Shown: in pieces, positions 40,501 through 55,336 of the stretch
Layout: each line of letters begins with the position of its first letter
Position numbering within the stretch: position 1 is the first letter of the stretch
Origin: Cycas panzhihuaensis
Lineage: Eukaryota; Plantae; Cycadophyta
DNA: 64,000 nt
Reading direction: 5' to 3'
Assembly (NCBI GenBank): GCA_023213395.1
Contig: CM041465.1
Coordinates: 95,549,741-95,613,740, forward strand
Position numbers and translations under genes: made by a program
Notes under the pieces: model-generated
Told to the model about the DNA's origin: nothing
Databases searched by the model: none
Seen by the model: the letters and a program-made list of their open reading frames with translations, nothing else

Positions 40501-42119
40501 GTCTTATAAAATAGGTGAAATTCTCAATCTCTTATTAATAACTTATCTCTCTACCAAATAATCTAGGCCCTTTATCAAGATATTAAGTGGTGTTTAAAAC
40601 ATGTGTTAGTAATCATTCATTTGTTATCAATAAATAGGTGATTTATCATTTGACTAATACTGCCCATTACACTAAACCAAATAATAAATTCCAAGCAAAA
40701 ATTTCATATCTAGTATTTTAAGAATATTTTTACATCAATATCTTGATAAATATATCTCACTTCGTAAATTTTTGGTTCATCATCAATTAATAATAATATC
40801 ATCATCATATTAGGAACCTTTGAAAACATTAGAATATATAATTTTCTTTTTTTTGAAAGCATTTATAAAATGTATTTTTTCTATGAGGTTAAGAGCACTT
40901 TAATCAACTTTATCTATTAATATCTTTGTCATCTAATTTTTGAAATCTATTTTGTAACAATTCATTTTAACTGTCTTAAAATTCTCTTTCAACATAACTG
41001 ACAAGGTAAAAAATAAATACTCTAGTAAAAAATTATAATCAAAAGAGTGACAATATGTCCTAAAAAAGTGTGTGATCCTTAAGATTTTTTTTGGAAGGTA
41101 AATAAAGAAAATATTAATTTAAAAGCTAAAATTTACAAATAATTAAGGGTATCTTATAACTTGGTCCCTTAAAGATTTAACATTTAGAATAGAGAAGAGA
41201 GAGTTAGAGAGATTTTTCTTCAATGATTTGCAAAGGGAGCTAAAGTGATTTAAATGAGAGACTTATAGTTAAATCCCCTTTTTGATATACTTGCAAGCTT
41301 GATTGAATGTTGGAATAAATTTTTGAAAATATATAGAATTACAAATCTTTCAAAGTTCATATAAAGTACTCTTGAAAACTAGAAACTAAAGGCCTACTAG
41401 AAATCAATAATTTTTAAACCATCCATAGGTGAGGGACCAAGTCTTATTTATAATAAATGAGTAAATACGAATTTGCCTATTTTTGATATATGAAAAGCCT
41501 TGATCAATTTTAATGATTTAAAAATCATGGCCTAAATATTTTGGATCAAAGGATAAAACCACCATCTGTGCTAAAAAAATATTTAGCCCCTTTCGTCTTG
41601 GACACTTGGTCACGTGTTGAGTCTATATGACCATTTATTTAGGTGCTAGGGAACTTTGTGGATTTGAAATTTTATTAAAAATAATTAAATCTAGTTTTGC
41701 AAATATACAAAAAGAAAAAAAGATTTATAATTTCTCATGTCTATGGATTTAAAAAATTTATTAAATATAATTTATTCAAGTAAATCACTTATAATTTTTT
41801 AAATCTTTTCATAAAATTTCTCTGAAAAATTTCTTCTTTATGAAAAATTGATCAAATGTGTATACTTCATTAGCTAACTGCATGGCATCTTTTGTAGAGG
41901 GTGGTCTATGGTCAATGGTCTAATGGTGTTGGCTATGGCTTGATTTCTTTTATATTTTATTAGTACCATAATCATTTGATCACCCTATGTGTCTACATGA
42001 TAAATCCTTATGCATCTATATATTCTTCTTTGTTTGATTTCTTTTATATAATGAATCCATGACTTAACCAATCGATCTCTATATATACGAATTTGTTCTC
42101 TATATGTGGGTATTTAATA

Positions 42120-42600
42120 ACTTTTATGCATAGGTAAAATTCTCTAGATTGATCGTGGCTCTTCTTTAAATACATATTCAAGGATGATTATGGAAACTTC
42201 TATTTGATTAGATTATACATCTGCATAGGGGTGTTCGATTTATGTAACATCCATGGTAGGATTTTCCTTCAACTTTTGTTCTTCTTCTATTATAGGCATA
42301 TTTATCTAGTAGCCTATGTCATTATTTCTACTTGTAGTTGTCATTAATTAAGCTATGGTGGCTATGGAATCTCAACTAGGTGTTTTCTCTCCATTTAGGC
42401 ATAACTTCACACTTATAAATCAATGAAAAGAGGATATAGGGTGATGGAAAAACTTTAGATTGTAACCTCCATTTTGGTACAATGTGACATGGTCAATATT
42501 ATATGTGTTTCATACACATCTATGTATCTCCATAGGCAAATCCATGGATCTTTATTAACCACACTATATCTAGGTGTACAATCATGTAAGTTATGTTCCT
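42120..42600 (+). pseudogene. Possible gypsy (Tat/Ogre-like) protease remnant within B
   Basis: IDRGSSLNTYS at ~42148-42180. Otherwise heavily decayed. Confidence 0.35.
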
Positions 42601-44143
42601 CAACTATTACTAATGCACTATCTTTATTTTCATCATAACCCTTTTTTAAACCTTTGTATACCTTTTAAAAATAAACCAAACCCTTATTCATAAATCTTAG
42701 TGCCAATATGTTAAATATGTTTTAATATCACCTCATCAATATGCTTAAAAATCCTTGTCATTATATAGGTAATCATGTCCTCAATGTTTTTTATCAAACT
42801 ATTCATGACACCCTTATATTTTTGCTTCATATATTATAATAAAATCATACTCATATATTTATTCAACTCCTCAAATATGCACTTTATAATAATGATGCCC
42901 TTATATTTATCACATCCCATTTCATGCCATTATAATAATTCAATATATGCTACATACCTTTAATTTGATATCAAATACCTATAATTCATGCCACTTTTCA
43001 TACCTCATACTTATTAATTTTTGCTACTCATTATATTGTATAGGCCTACTACCCATTTGACATATTGACGAAGTACTGGGTGTTGTTTTCTCTTATAGGA
43101 TGATTAGTCCTAATTTGGTTATTATGTTCTTAGAAATAAATTATTATTGTTAATTATGAGATTTCTAGTCTCACAAAATCTTGATCACTTCTATAGGTGG
43201 ATGGCCTATATAGGTGAATATAATTGGCAATAGTTTCTTTTTTTTTATCTTAATTATTTAGTAGACTTGCTTTGAATATCTACATGTTTATTGAATATGG
43301 CACCAACATGTTAAAATAACTACCTATAATAAATCTAATAATATACCATCAGTATTGGTGCTTCATCATCATGTGGCTTTGACTACTTCATCTATATGTG
43401 ACTTTTATCTCATATTCATCAACTTCTTCTAGCCCCTAAATCATGATCATATGTCACTAGCATAACTAGTATATATAGATTTCTAGCTAATCAAATTACA
43501 CCTCATATACTAGCTCTTTAACTATCTTTATCAATGACATATTGGCTCATCAATTAACTCATATAGGCTTCCTTTATACTTGCACAAGATCTTTTATAAT
43601 ATGGCTAACAGCCAGGCTTTGATACCATGCTAGAATTTGGAAATTAAATTTGATATCATGTTATGATATAATGAGTATATATAATAAAAATATAACAAGC
43701 ATGTGTAATGAAAAACTCATGAGAAATATATATATGTAGAGTAATAAAAATGAATTATAAAGTAAATAACATATCAAACATGTAATACATATTCAATAAG
43801 CATTTACCATAATAAAAATAATATATTTATATGTGAAAAACCTAATATAGGAAAAAACATGGGAGAGCATGGAGATTGGAGCTTAAGTATATCTCTAAGA
43901 CTCAAACCTTTCTCAAGTTCTCAAGTGGTGTATGTATATACTTATATCAATAGTCACCTCATAAGTAGCATATTATTTCTATTAAGACTTTACGTCATCC
44001 AATAGGATGTTTATATGGGTATACGTGGATATCATATCTATTAATATATTTGATGAGTGAGGTTGTGTATGTGTTTACAATATTAACATTAAACATCATA
44101 TATATGAATAATTATTCTAACATTTATATATTTCAATGCCATC

Positions 44144-44232
44144 AAAATAGGCTTCATTCTTCTTGATCATAATAAGTAATTTTTTCTATCAAACATTAGA
44201 ATAATCAAATTTAAAGTAGATGTAACCATCAT
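44144..44232 (-). pseudogene. 5' end of copia A gag, separated from the rest by element B
   Basis: MMVTSTLNLIILMFDRKNYLL*SRRMKPIL joins YDLQEFVKNDYTPP just left of 24797. Confidence 0.85.
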
Positions 44233-44779
44233 TGCCAATGTAATCCACATAAGAGTGCAATAAACAAATATAAAACCAAGTAATAAAATAAACAATCCCT
44301 CATACATAGGATATAAGACATATCCCTCAAACTTGGGACCTCCTTTTGCCTCCTTATCCCCAAATAGAGAGACTAAAACACCATCAAAAAATACTTTTAT
44401 TAAATGTCAATTATATAAATCCATTAGGGTTTAAACAAATTAACTTCCATTAGGGTTAAAATAAATAAATAATAATTGTGTCAATGAAAAAAATAAATTC
44501 TTTAATTTATACATAAAATTTTACTATGAAACATCAAATTTAACCCAAAATTATTATATCAAATTATCATAAAAATTTATTGAATAATAGATCAAAATAG
44601 AAACCTTTAAATAAGGATTCTAATAATTTGATTGATTCAAAAAATAGACACCCATAACTAAAGATATGGGTAAAAATGCACACCTTGATATTGAAAAATC
44701 ATGGAGCTAAATAGAATAGGGTTTTACCCTTTTCTAGTTTGGTACCTTATTAGGGAATGTAGTCACAAAGGAGGGATTA

Positions 44780-45700
44780 TTAATAGACTTGACTAAATCG
44801 ACCATGATCTTAAATTTCATAAATCCAAAATATATAAAGAGTTCAAATTTTTTTTTGGGCATCATTAGATATTATAATAAATTCATAAAGGATTATGCAC
44901 GTATATATTATCATAAATTCATAAAGGATTATGCACATTAATGAAAGATATTGGCTAAGAATGGATGTTAAAACATGAACTAAAGTTTGATCTTTTGAAA
45001 ATGAAATTTTCTTATACCTATTCTAAAATTTCCTCAATGGGAGAACCCCTTCCATATGCATGTTAATATGTCTCTATATGCAATTAGTTATATGTTGACA
45101 CAACCAAAGGATATTACTACAAATCTTCCTTTTATGTTTTGCAAGTAGGAAATTAACATGAGTAGAACAAAATTATTTTATAATAGAGTGAGAAGGATTG
45201 GACATAGTATATACCCTTTATAATTTTTATCATTATTTATTAGCAAATCCTTTTGTCTTCTTTGTATATGACTAGACATTATAATATTTAATTAATAAGA
45301 TAGTTTTATAGGAAAAAATCAGTCATTGGATGATGTTATTTTAAGAAATCAATTTTAAAACTATTATTAAAAAAGAAATCAAGCATATTATTCTATATCA
45401 ATTATTTAGATAAATTAATGGAGAAAAATTCAATGGTGTGTTTTCTAATTTTTCCAATAGCTAATTATTTTCAGTTGAATCAATTCTATAGTGGTATGTA
45501 TAGATTGTTAGATATCTAACCATTTGAAAAATGCTTATGGGTTTATAAAAATTAGAGCAGTGGCATTTGAAAAAGAATCTCTACCTTATCAATTGATCCA
45601 TGGAATGCTTTATAAATTAGGGCCATAAGAAGTGTTGAGATGTTGTGTTTTAAAGCATAAGATTGAATCAATTCTTCATGAAAGCCATAAAGGCATGATG
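44780..45700 (+). pseudogene. Non-chromovirus gypsy RT end / RNase H relic
   Basis: FLGIIRYYNKFIKDYA, FPQWENPFHMHVNMS, FASRKLT*VEQNY..E*EGLDIVY motifs. Confidence 0.8.
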
Positions 45701-48700
45701 GCATGACATCAAGGTTAGTAAAGTTTAAAGGAAAAGATGCCATATTTATAGTCATTAATTATCTTACCAAGTATGGACACTTTGATGCAATCATCTTACA
45801 ATTGTTCACAACTTACTAACTTTTTGTGAAGAATATTCATAAGCTAGATGATTTTATTAAGAAAATAATGTTCAACTAAGATCTCAAATTTACTAGTAAC
45901 TTTTGGAAAGAACTATTTAAACTAACATATATAAAACTCACAATGAGTATAACATATAACCCATAAATAAATGGCTAGTTAGTAGTAATCACTACACATT
46001 TAGAAACATGTGTAAGATGCTACACTAGAGAGAATTTGACCAAATGGGTAAAATGGATCCACTTAGTCAAATACTAATATAATACAAACTATCATTCGAC
46101 AATATAAATAACCTCTTTCATAGCCTTATATACTTATCAACATCTAATTATAGTTGATTATTTACAAATGGCTATACAAGCATTAATAGATCAAAAATTG
46201 GTCTAACAAGCATAATAAATAATTTGGTAACTAAACCATAACTATGATATAGCCAAGAATCAAATGAAATAACAAGTAGAACAATAATACACCAAAAGGA
46301 TGTTTGAAGTAGGAGATTAAGTATATATTATTATAAACCTAGTTCATAACTTGAAAACAATTCCCAAATGCAGAAGAAAGCACATGAGAACACTGAGCAA
46401 TTTTATAGTCAACAGATCAAATAATTAATTGATAAGATATGAATGGTGTACAATACAGTGGAGGCCTCATTTATAGGTGCATAATAGGCCCCTTCACTTA
46501 TAAGTCATAACTCTTTAAAGATGCTCTTTCGATTAATCAATAATTAATTAATCCTTTAAGGAGGTCTATAACAATTCCTCCCCCTTAAGATGTTTCACCC
46601 ATGAAACATAGTCAAACGATTATAGTCCCTTAAACAAATGATATCCTTTGTTGTAGTAGAGTCCATTAAGTAATTAGTCAGATGTTGTAGGCATTTTTTG
46701 GAAGATTCTTTTAGTTGAAAACCTCAGCTGTATTTTTGGGATACTTGTGGTTACTTTTTGATTTCTTCACCCTTATTCTTATGTGGTATGACTTTAGTTT
46801 TGTTCAATCTTTTTCTTGATAATGTGATGGTTCTTCCTTCTTTCTTAAATCGAATAAATTGTTCATCTATATTCATTTCAAAGGTTCTAAGTATACTGAG
46901 CTATTGACTTCCCAACATAATATCTACACCACCGACATCCATGATGTAGAAATATTCTATAATACTGACATTATTAAACATGAGGTTAAGGTTCTTCATT
47001 ATACCTTAGCCTAAGATTACTTGTCTTCCTCTAATAGTTACGTAGAAATGAGGAGTCCTTAATGGAAATAACCTCAGTTATTATGCATAGTTTTGATCAA
47101 TAAAATTATGTCTGCTACTTGAATCTATCAAGATTGTTACAACTTGATTTTTGATAGGTCCCTATAACTTTAATGTATTTGATTGATTAAATTTGATTAT
47201 AAATGATGGTGACATTTGTGGATGGTTGACCCCGAGATTACAATATCTCTCTTAATGTTCCAAATGATGATAATTTCCTTGATTATTTTTTGACCCTTGT
47301 TCTTCTTTGTCAATATTGTCATCAGGTAGTAATCTAATTGTATATAACTAGTTCTTTTGACATCTATGCCTAGGTTCCTACTTCTCCTCACATTTGAAGC
47401 ATAGGTTTCTTCTTGTTAACTCTTCTTGTTCTGTTTTTATTTTTTGAATGATTGGTTTGGCAACTCAATTTAGATTGATTGATAATTGTTTGTGTTGAAT
47501 ACTTGGTAAAGGATTATGTCGACCAGGTGGAGGAATATAAAGATTTATGCCTACTTTACGTAAGGCATTGTGTTTATCTTCATGTATTTTGGTTAACTGT
47601 ATTGCCTTGTTAAGATCCTTTAGTTCTTAAATTTTAACATCATCTTGGATCTCTATTATCAGACCATCTATATATAATTAGATAAGTCAATTAGTTTGGA
47701 TATCTTCTAACACATAGATTAGCCTCATGAATGTTACACTGTGTTCTTCCATAGAACTAGTTTGCTTTAATTTATATAACTCACAATAATAATCGTGATT
47801 AGATACAGTTTCAAATCGCTTAATGAATAAATGCATGAATTATTTCCAGGTTATTAGTTGATCTCGAAATGAAATTCGTTTGACACACTACCATGGTTCA
47901 CATGCTATTCCATCCATGTGCAGGGTGGCTAAAGAGACTTGCTCTAGTGGGTTAATTTCTACTAAACAAAAGTAATTTTCCATTTTTTGGATCCACACCC
48001 TTGGATCATGTAATTTTTTCTCAATGTTAAAATGTTGTATCACATTTTTTTCTAATTTTTTCATTTTCTATGCTCGTACATTTTGTAGGTAGTTAAAGTA
48101 TGCCTGAAACCCTATGATCTTTTGTTCTTCAAGGGTTAAATTGTGATGCTCATTAAGGTATTTCCTAATAGCTTCATTTTCAGTATTAATTAGAGTTATC
48201 TGAGGACTTGAATATTTTTTAATGGTGTGATTTCTGATATAAGACTACCAACTCATTGCCTCATCTTCTGAATCAGCAAAAATCATATCCTCCTTTCTAC
48301 TCATTGCTATGATTGTTAATTTATCCAAAATTTGGTGTAAAATATGATTCAAAAGGGCATTTGATGTCTGAACTGCATCACAAACTTCTTGAGAAATTGG
48401 TTTAATGATATATTTTTGGATGGTATTCTTCACAATTTCTTTTATATTCATTATCTTGATAATGGTATAGGTGTGATTCTAGCACTTGTCTATCATGTTT
48501 TGGTTGTTCAACAAAATTAGATAGTGTATACTTTTTCTGTTGTCACAAATTGTCTTTCTTTACTAATGCATAAATTTCATGTAATATGAGCTTTAATATT
48601 TAAAATAAACAAGATTCTCTATCTTACTTTGTGATGGCTTAAGAAAGTTTTATAATATGTGTAACAATTATAAGGGCATGTATGAATTACATCCCTTCCA

Positions 48701-48951
48701 GAAGGAACTAGATAGATATGAGAATACAAAGATTAATGTTTTAGAAAAATACTTGTGTTATCACTATAACTATAATTAAATGTAAATGTAAATGTGCCTC
48801 TTAAGATTTAATCAAGAGACTATAGGCACATCAATAAGCACCACTACTAAGAATATTATACACAAAGATCCACACTATTAACTTTATGCACTTTGCTAAA
48901 TATATTAAAAAATATAAATATATTATAATTTATAAAATATTACTCCTAAAA

Positions 48952-48953
<2 letters not shown>

Positions 48954-49012
<59 letters not shown>
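48954..49012. repeat. (TA)n microsatellite
   Basis: Direct observation. Confidence 0.98.
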
Positions 49013-49017
<5 letters not shown>

Positions 49018-49073
49018 TTTGAAGTCATCCTTGTGCCAAATTACATGAGCAATGCAAAATTAAACATTGACGT

Positions 49074-49211
<138 letters not shown>

Positions 49212-49876
49212 TAGATAGTGAGTGCTGGATGTCACTTGCACTAAGCCATATATACATATTATTGGCTTTCAAGTCAAACATCATATCTAACTACCTTTAT
49301 GTCAAGCTACTTTGACTATTAAAAATTATCAAAGGTTCAATATATATGCTTATACAGATTTATTTATATAGAGCCACTTTTAAATATGCAATAGTCGCCC
49401 TATTATCATCATATATATATTAAGGTTTTGGAAGTAATATTTTATAAATTATAATATATTTATATTTTTTAATATATTTAGCAAAGTGCATAAAGTTAAT
49501 AGTGTGGGTCTTTGTGTATAATATTCTTACTAGTGATGCTCATTGATGTGCCTATAGTCTCTTAATTAAATCTTAAGAGGCACATTTACATTTACATTTA
49601 ATTATAGTTATTATGACAACAGAAGTATTTTTCTAAAACATTAATCTCTATCTTCTCATATCTATCTAGTTCCTTCAAGAAGGGATATAATTGATACTTC
49701 CCCTCATAATTATTACACACATTATAAAACTTTCTTAAGCCATCACCAAGCAAGATAGAGAATATTGTTTATTTTAGATATTAAAGCTCTCATTACATGA
49801 AATTTATGCATTAGTAAAGAAAGGTAAATTGTGACAATAAAAAAAGTATACACTATCTAATTCTATCGAACAACCA

Positions 49877-49878
<2 letters not shown>

Positions 49879-49934
<56 letters not shown>

Positions 49935-49941
49935 ACACACA
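49879..49941. repeat. (CA)n microsatellite
   Basis: Direct observation. Abuts the outer end of the right inverted-repeat arm. Confidence 0.98.
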
Positions 49942-52599
49942 AAGCAAGCAGCTTATATACACTATATCTTCAATGGAGAAGTGGAAATTGGGTTAACAAT
50001 ACGATATCCCTCCTATTTGCAGGTAACTGCCCCAAATATACATTAAGGTACTATATAACTAATAAGTATATTATGCATTGAAGAAGAGATAAGCACAGGC
50101 TCAAATGGATTTTTTGTTACAGAGCTAATTATCTATCAAAATTCACTTATAATTTTAGGTGTAGATATATGTATATAATGAAATGGTGGTAATGTTACAA
50201 ATTGGTGAGTGACTATAATGAAGTGGCAATAATATTAAGAGAAAATAATTAATTATGCAGATGTCTAGACGTGATGAAGACGATGGAAGGCAACGTGATG
50301 AATATGACACAAGAGCAAAATAGAATGAACAAAAATATAGGTGGAATGGATTGGTAACAAAGAGCGATATAGTTCTCAAAACAAAGATAGCATAAGGTAG
50401 TACACAGAGAATCAACCCTTAACTAGATTGGTTGACACACATGGACTATGACTATTAGTTGACAAGTTACGTTTCAATCTATGCTACTTAATAATAACAA
50501 TTGAACAAATGGTGATATTTGTTTTGTAATAGTGACTTTCTTTGTAATATAAGTATGCACATGAATGAACAGAGGATGAACAAGGTTAGACAAGTAAAGG
50601 GTGGTGTCTAATGATGTGAATATTTAATGCAACCCAAAGCTAAATCTAATGTAATTCTTCATAGGCAGGAATTTGCTCTAATACTACTTGTTACGAACCC
50701 AGTTCGTAACCTGAAGACAATTCCCAAATGCATAAGAAAGCATATGAGAACACTAAGGAATTTTATAGTTAATAGACCAAATAATTAATTGATAAGATAT
50801 GAATGATATACAATACATTAGAGGCCTCATTTGTAGGTGCATAATAGCCCCCTTCACTTATAAGTCACAACTCTTTAGAGACACGCTTTCGATTAATCAA
50901 TAATTAATTAATCCTTTAAGGAGGTCTATAACATATATCCATTTGTAACCTTATAAGCAAGCATCATTATGGGAATAAGGGAAGTTTAAGCTTGTATTAA
51001 GATTCTATAGACCATTCTAGATATGGATAAAATTATATGAACTTATGTACACTCTTAACTTTAATCCTCAAAGTCAAATCCAAGATGTTTTTTATTTCTT
51101 GAACTTGAATAAGAAGGTGGGTCCTAATGTTATTCCATAGATAGAATTAACTATTACTGATAAGAAAGTCAAGATAATTATAAAGCCATATAACATACTC
51201 AAAATAATACAAAAAATACTATAATTTAGGATCGTGATAGAATATCTCATTAGATGGAAGGGGTTATAAGTGGAAGATAAAACATGGAAATCTCAAGGGT
51301 TTATCAATCAATAACTTGAGTTTTGAGGCCAAAGTTATTTCTTAATAAGGGAGGGCTTGTGATAAACTTGCATATTAAATATGATATCTCTCAATCAATG
51401 CTATGTGATGATATTTAAATGAAGAAACCAAACTCTTTAATCATTGATATATTTTAATATTAATTAATAATTACTCTTGGTTTTATGCTTTAGAAGTAGC
51501 TTATATTTTATTTAAAGTCTAAATTATATTTTTTTATGGTTATTTAATTCATTCATTATTTTTTTTAATAATTATATGCTATGGGCTCACCATGAGATGT
51601 GGTTTGATTCTAATATTTCAAATTTATAGTAAGAATGCTCTTGAATTTTTGTGAATATTGATTTAGTGGGATTATTATACATGTATGTGATGTATAAATA
51701 TATAACATGCAAAAGTTTAAGTAGTTAGATCCACAATATAAATTATTTAAACTATTTTTGTCTAAGGGCATCTTATTTATGGTGAATTTGGGTCACAAGG
51801 ACCTATGTCGAAGAAAAGTAAGACCACACATAAGCTAGGACATAGTGTTGCTTCTTCATATGAGGAGATCATTGATTAGAAATGGTGGAGAAAATCATAA
51901 ATAAAGGATTGATCACTTTACAATGGAACTAAATTTACCATCCCTCATATGTAGAATCTATCATAGGTAATTATTATATAACTAGTCGAAGAATATATGG
52001 TTTAGATTCCTACAAAGAAGACTCTAAGATACCCATGAAGAAGATGTGAAATCCATAATAGAATTATGAAGAGGAGAAATATTACTATACGATGTAGTAG
52101 AGAGGCATTGTATGAGATAGCTAATAAACTAGATCATATACATGATGTTAGATGCAAAGGCCACCTTAAGTCCACATAATAGTAAAAGTAATGATGATAG
52201 TGTCATTTAAGAAATATTGAGAGCTTGACATAGAGTAAAGCATGATAGCATAGTTGAATATTAAGGACTTTGTAGAAACTATGAAGAGTTAAGGGCATAA
52301 CCATTATGTAAGTGCCATTATTGATGTAAATTCAAATAGGGGAATTAGGTCATGTGTTAGCATCGATAAAGGAAATGCTAATGTTAGCATTAACAATGAT
52401 CTAGGTTTATACAATTATTAAGTCATGCTTATATTTGTTGAGGTGAAATTCCATTATGGGGGGTTGAATGTTGAGTTGATTTATAGTAGAAATTAAGTAT
52501 TAGAACATAGAAGATGAGATGTAAAAATACTTATAGGGAATGAATGGAGCAAAGAATTGATATGAGCATTATTGAAGTTGCCCATATATAAATTTAGTT

Positions 52600-52970
52600 T
52601 TTGAATTTTAATTGGAGAACATTAATGGGTCACAACATTGGAACTAAGGCATGAAAGGTATTTACAACACTTAAAGTTATATAAGGAGAGAACTATATTG
52701 GATGCTTATAGATGAAAAAGGAAATTATAAATTCCATGCATTAGCTAAGCAAAGTCAATGCCAAATTTGAATTCAAATTTGAAGACATTTGAGACATAGA
52801 TGAAGTCATAATTAGATGAAATTATGGAGGATTTAGGACTATAATAATTTATCATAGAAAGATATAGTTCCAACATCCATAAATTCATTTACCATAACTT
52901 AAAAAATTAAAATAAAAACTCAAGTTCGTAGTTGCTAGATTAGCCTTTAAATTAAGGAGGGTGGTGGTAG
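52600..52970 (+). pseudogene. Possible gypsy integrase C-terminal remnant and PPT
   Basis: KVNAKFEFKFED-like segment at ~52750 and purine tract AAGGAGGGTGG at ~52954. Confidence 0.3.
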
Positions 52971-53732
52971 ATAAAACATTTTTATTTTTTACAAAAGAAT
53001 AATTCTAATAAAGTCACTTTATATATTTTTTGAAGATCAAGTCTTAAGACCTTAACATATAGCATTTGGTCATATGGTGGAAGAAGGCTAGCTTAGTTTC
53101 TAGCCCTATATGGCATCATTTTAAAAATTTTAAAACATACTCAAATTTATAACAGAAATTCTCACCTATATCATATTAGCAATTATTTTGTAAGTGGTTA
53201 ACATGTTTGTTCCAATGAATAATTATGTTTATTGACGAAAACCCATTTTAAGATGAGTAGTGCATTTTAAAAAGTGTTGAAATACCACATTAATGGTGGA
53301 ATGTAATTTACATTTATGATAGCTAATTAAATACTCCAAAATTATTTATCTAAAATTTAAAATTTCATGAACAATTCATGTTTAGGGTATTTTATATCGA
53401 TTATTATAAGAGTTGTATTGAATATGTATAAAAAGTATCTAAAATATGGGTCAGTTTTCTAAAGAATTTAGCAAATGGAATTGCCTATCAAACTAACTAT
53501 ATGAACACTTGTCACTCATCTATACACTCAAAGTTTTAGAGGCATTAATGAACTATGTATATGAAGAAGTTCCTAGTAGATTAGCATTTACAACAATTGG
53601 TTACCTATGTATATTGGTAGATGGTTTATTCTTTATATAGACAATAACAAATCAAGTTCAAGAGTTTCTAGAAAAGAAAATAAGAAATCACATTTGAAGC
53701 AACTCATCTAATAAAGATAAACTTTAAGGAAG

Positions 53733-54102
53733 TGTTGGAAAATAATGTTTAATTCATGGTTAATCCATGAATATTGTGATTATTTAGTTAGTTATCCATA
53801 CAATGTTGACTAATCAATGCATAAAGACTCTTAATATATAAGCATTATAAAGATTCTTAATATATAAGCATTATTAAATTGTGTTAAAGCTTATGCCTTT
53901 ATGCATTCTCCTAAGTTATGTTAGAGATTCTCTAGCTTCATTAGTCCTCAATGAGGTCACTTATTTCTATTATAATTATATACCTATTCAAATGTAATAA
54001 ATGAAGATTGATCATTATTCTAATTTCTTTTGTATTTTATATTAGTATGTATTTCATCTTTCTTTATCATGATATCATAACTTCGTTATAATATTTTTAA
54101 TA
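53733..54102 (+). mobile_element. 3' LTR with an internal PBS-like site
   Basis: PPT-like AAGGAAG before TGTTGGAAAA. 26-bp tandem duplication containing TATATAAG (53821-53872). TTATCA then TGATATCATAAC (54070-54081). Degenerate terminus TTTTTAATA at 54102. Confidence 0.6.
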
Positions 54103-55336
54103 CTTGGAAGTAAGGGATTTAAAGAGTACAATATCAAAAATTAGTATCATGAACTTATTTAGGGTAGTATAACTTTTAGTAGGTAATTATTTTTCTTTCT
54201 TTCTTTCTATATACTTGTTGATTGTTGGTAGAGTCTAGAATGTCTTCTTAGTGTTTGATACCTAATCAAGCCTAATTGCCATTTTCCCACTCATCCATAC
54301 AAATACATCCAAATAAATTTCTAAAATTTTATGAATAAAGTCTTTAAATATTAATGTGATGATTAGTAAGAAAACTATAAAAGCATTACAAAGTTCAAAT
54401 GGAATTATCTTTGATGCATAAGAACTTCATTTAGTAATAAATGTGGTGTTTTATTAATATTTCTTATGTGTTTTTTCATTGATCTTTTTTTGTGATCATC
54501 ACCTGATTATATTTAGAAATTATATTTATGAATGAATAAATATGTTTCCTTGCATATTTTTCTAAAATTTATTTAGTTAATATAGGAAAAAATAAAATTT
54601 TCTTTATAGCTCTATTTAAAGCTTTGAATTAGTAGAGATCCTTAACATGCCATTTTTCTTATTTTTCATCATAGTGAAACTTGTCCATTCATTATTTTCT
54701 ATTTGATAAATATAGATAACATTATCCAACTTGTCTGCTTCTTCCTTAATCTTTTATGTATATTTAAGATTTATTCTAGAAGGCCTTTCTTATACTAGTA
54801 TTGCATCATCTTTAAGCTAATTTTTCATGCCCCTAATTACCCCTAGAGTCTCTTTTAAATCTTTGCATGCCATTGTAAAAATAATAAGAAACTCTTGAAA
54901 TGGATTTTATGCTTATGCTAATACATTTGCATCTTTATTTGATACCAATTTAATTAGTGATCCTTTCTTATAATTGATCAATACTCTATATCATGGATCT
55001 TCATTTATCTCTTATAAATCTCCAAATATTTTCTTGAATTATTCCACAATAAAGTTGTCTTCTAAAATCTCTACTTAATCTACTTTAGAAAAAAGTAATT
55101 TATGAGATTTAAAATTTTAATGAATTTTCTTAACTACTAAATCAATAAGGCCAAAAAAAAAAAAAGTTTAGTTGTTTAATACATTACAAACTTAAGTAAT
55201 AATATTAAAAACTTTGAAGAAGAAAATTTTCTAAAATTGTTATTTTAAATAGCTCTAATCAATAGTTTTTAGTTTATTTTCTTGCTCCAAATATGAATTA
55301 TAAGGAAGATCCCCTAAGGTAGTTGCAAGTAATTTG

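Larger units (their letters stand above)
24798..44138 (-). mobile_element. LTR element B (non-autonomous or strongly decayed, copia-related) inserted in the gag of copia A
   Basis: LTRs 24798-~25313 and 43628-44138. PBS reverse complement GCTTTGATACCA 43616-43627. PPT reverse complement ATTCTTCTTTAA after 25313. TSD CTATT (24793-24797) / CCATC (44139-44143), differing by C/T only. Copia A gag reads through when B is removed. Confidence 0.85.
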
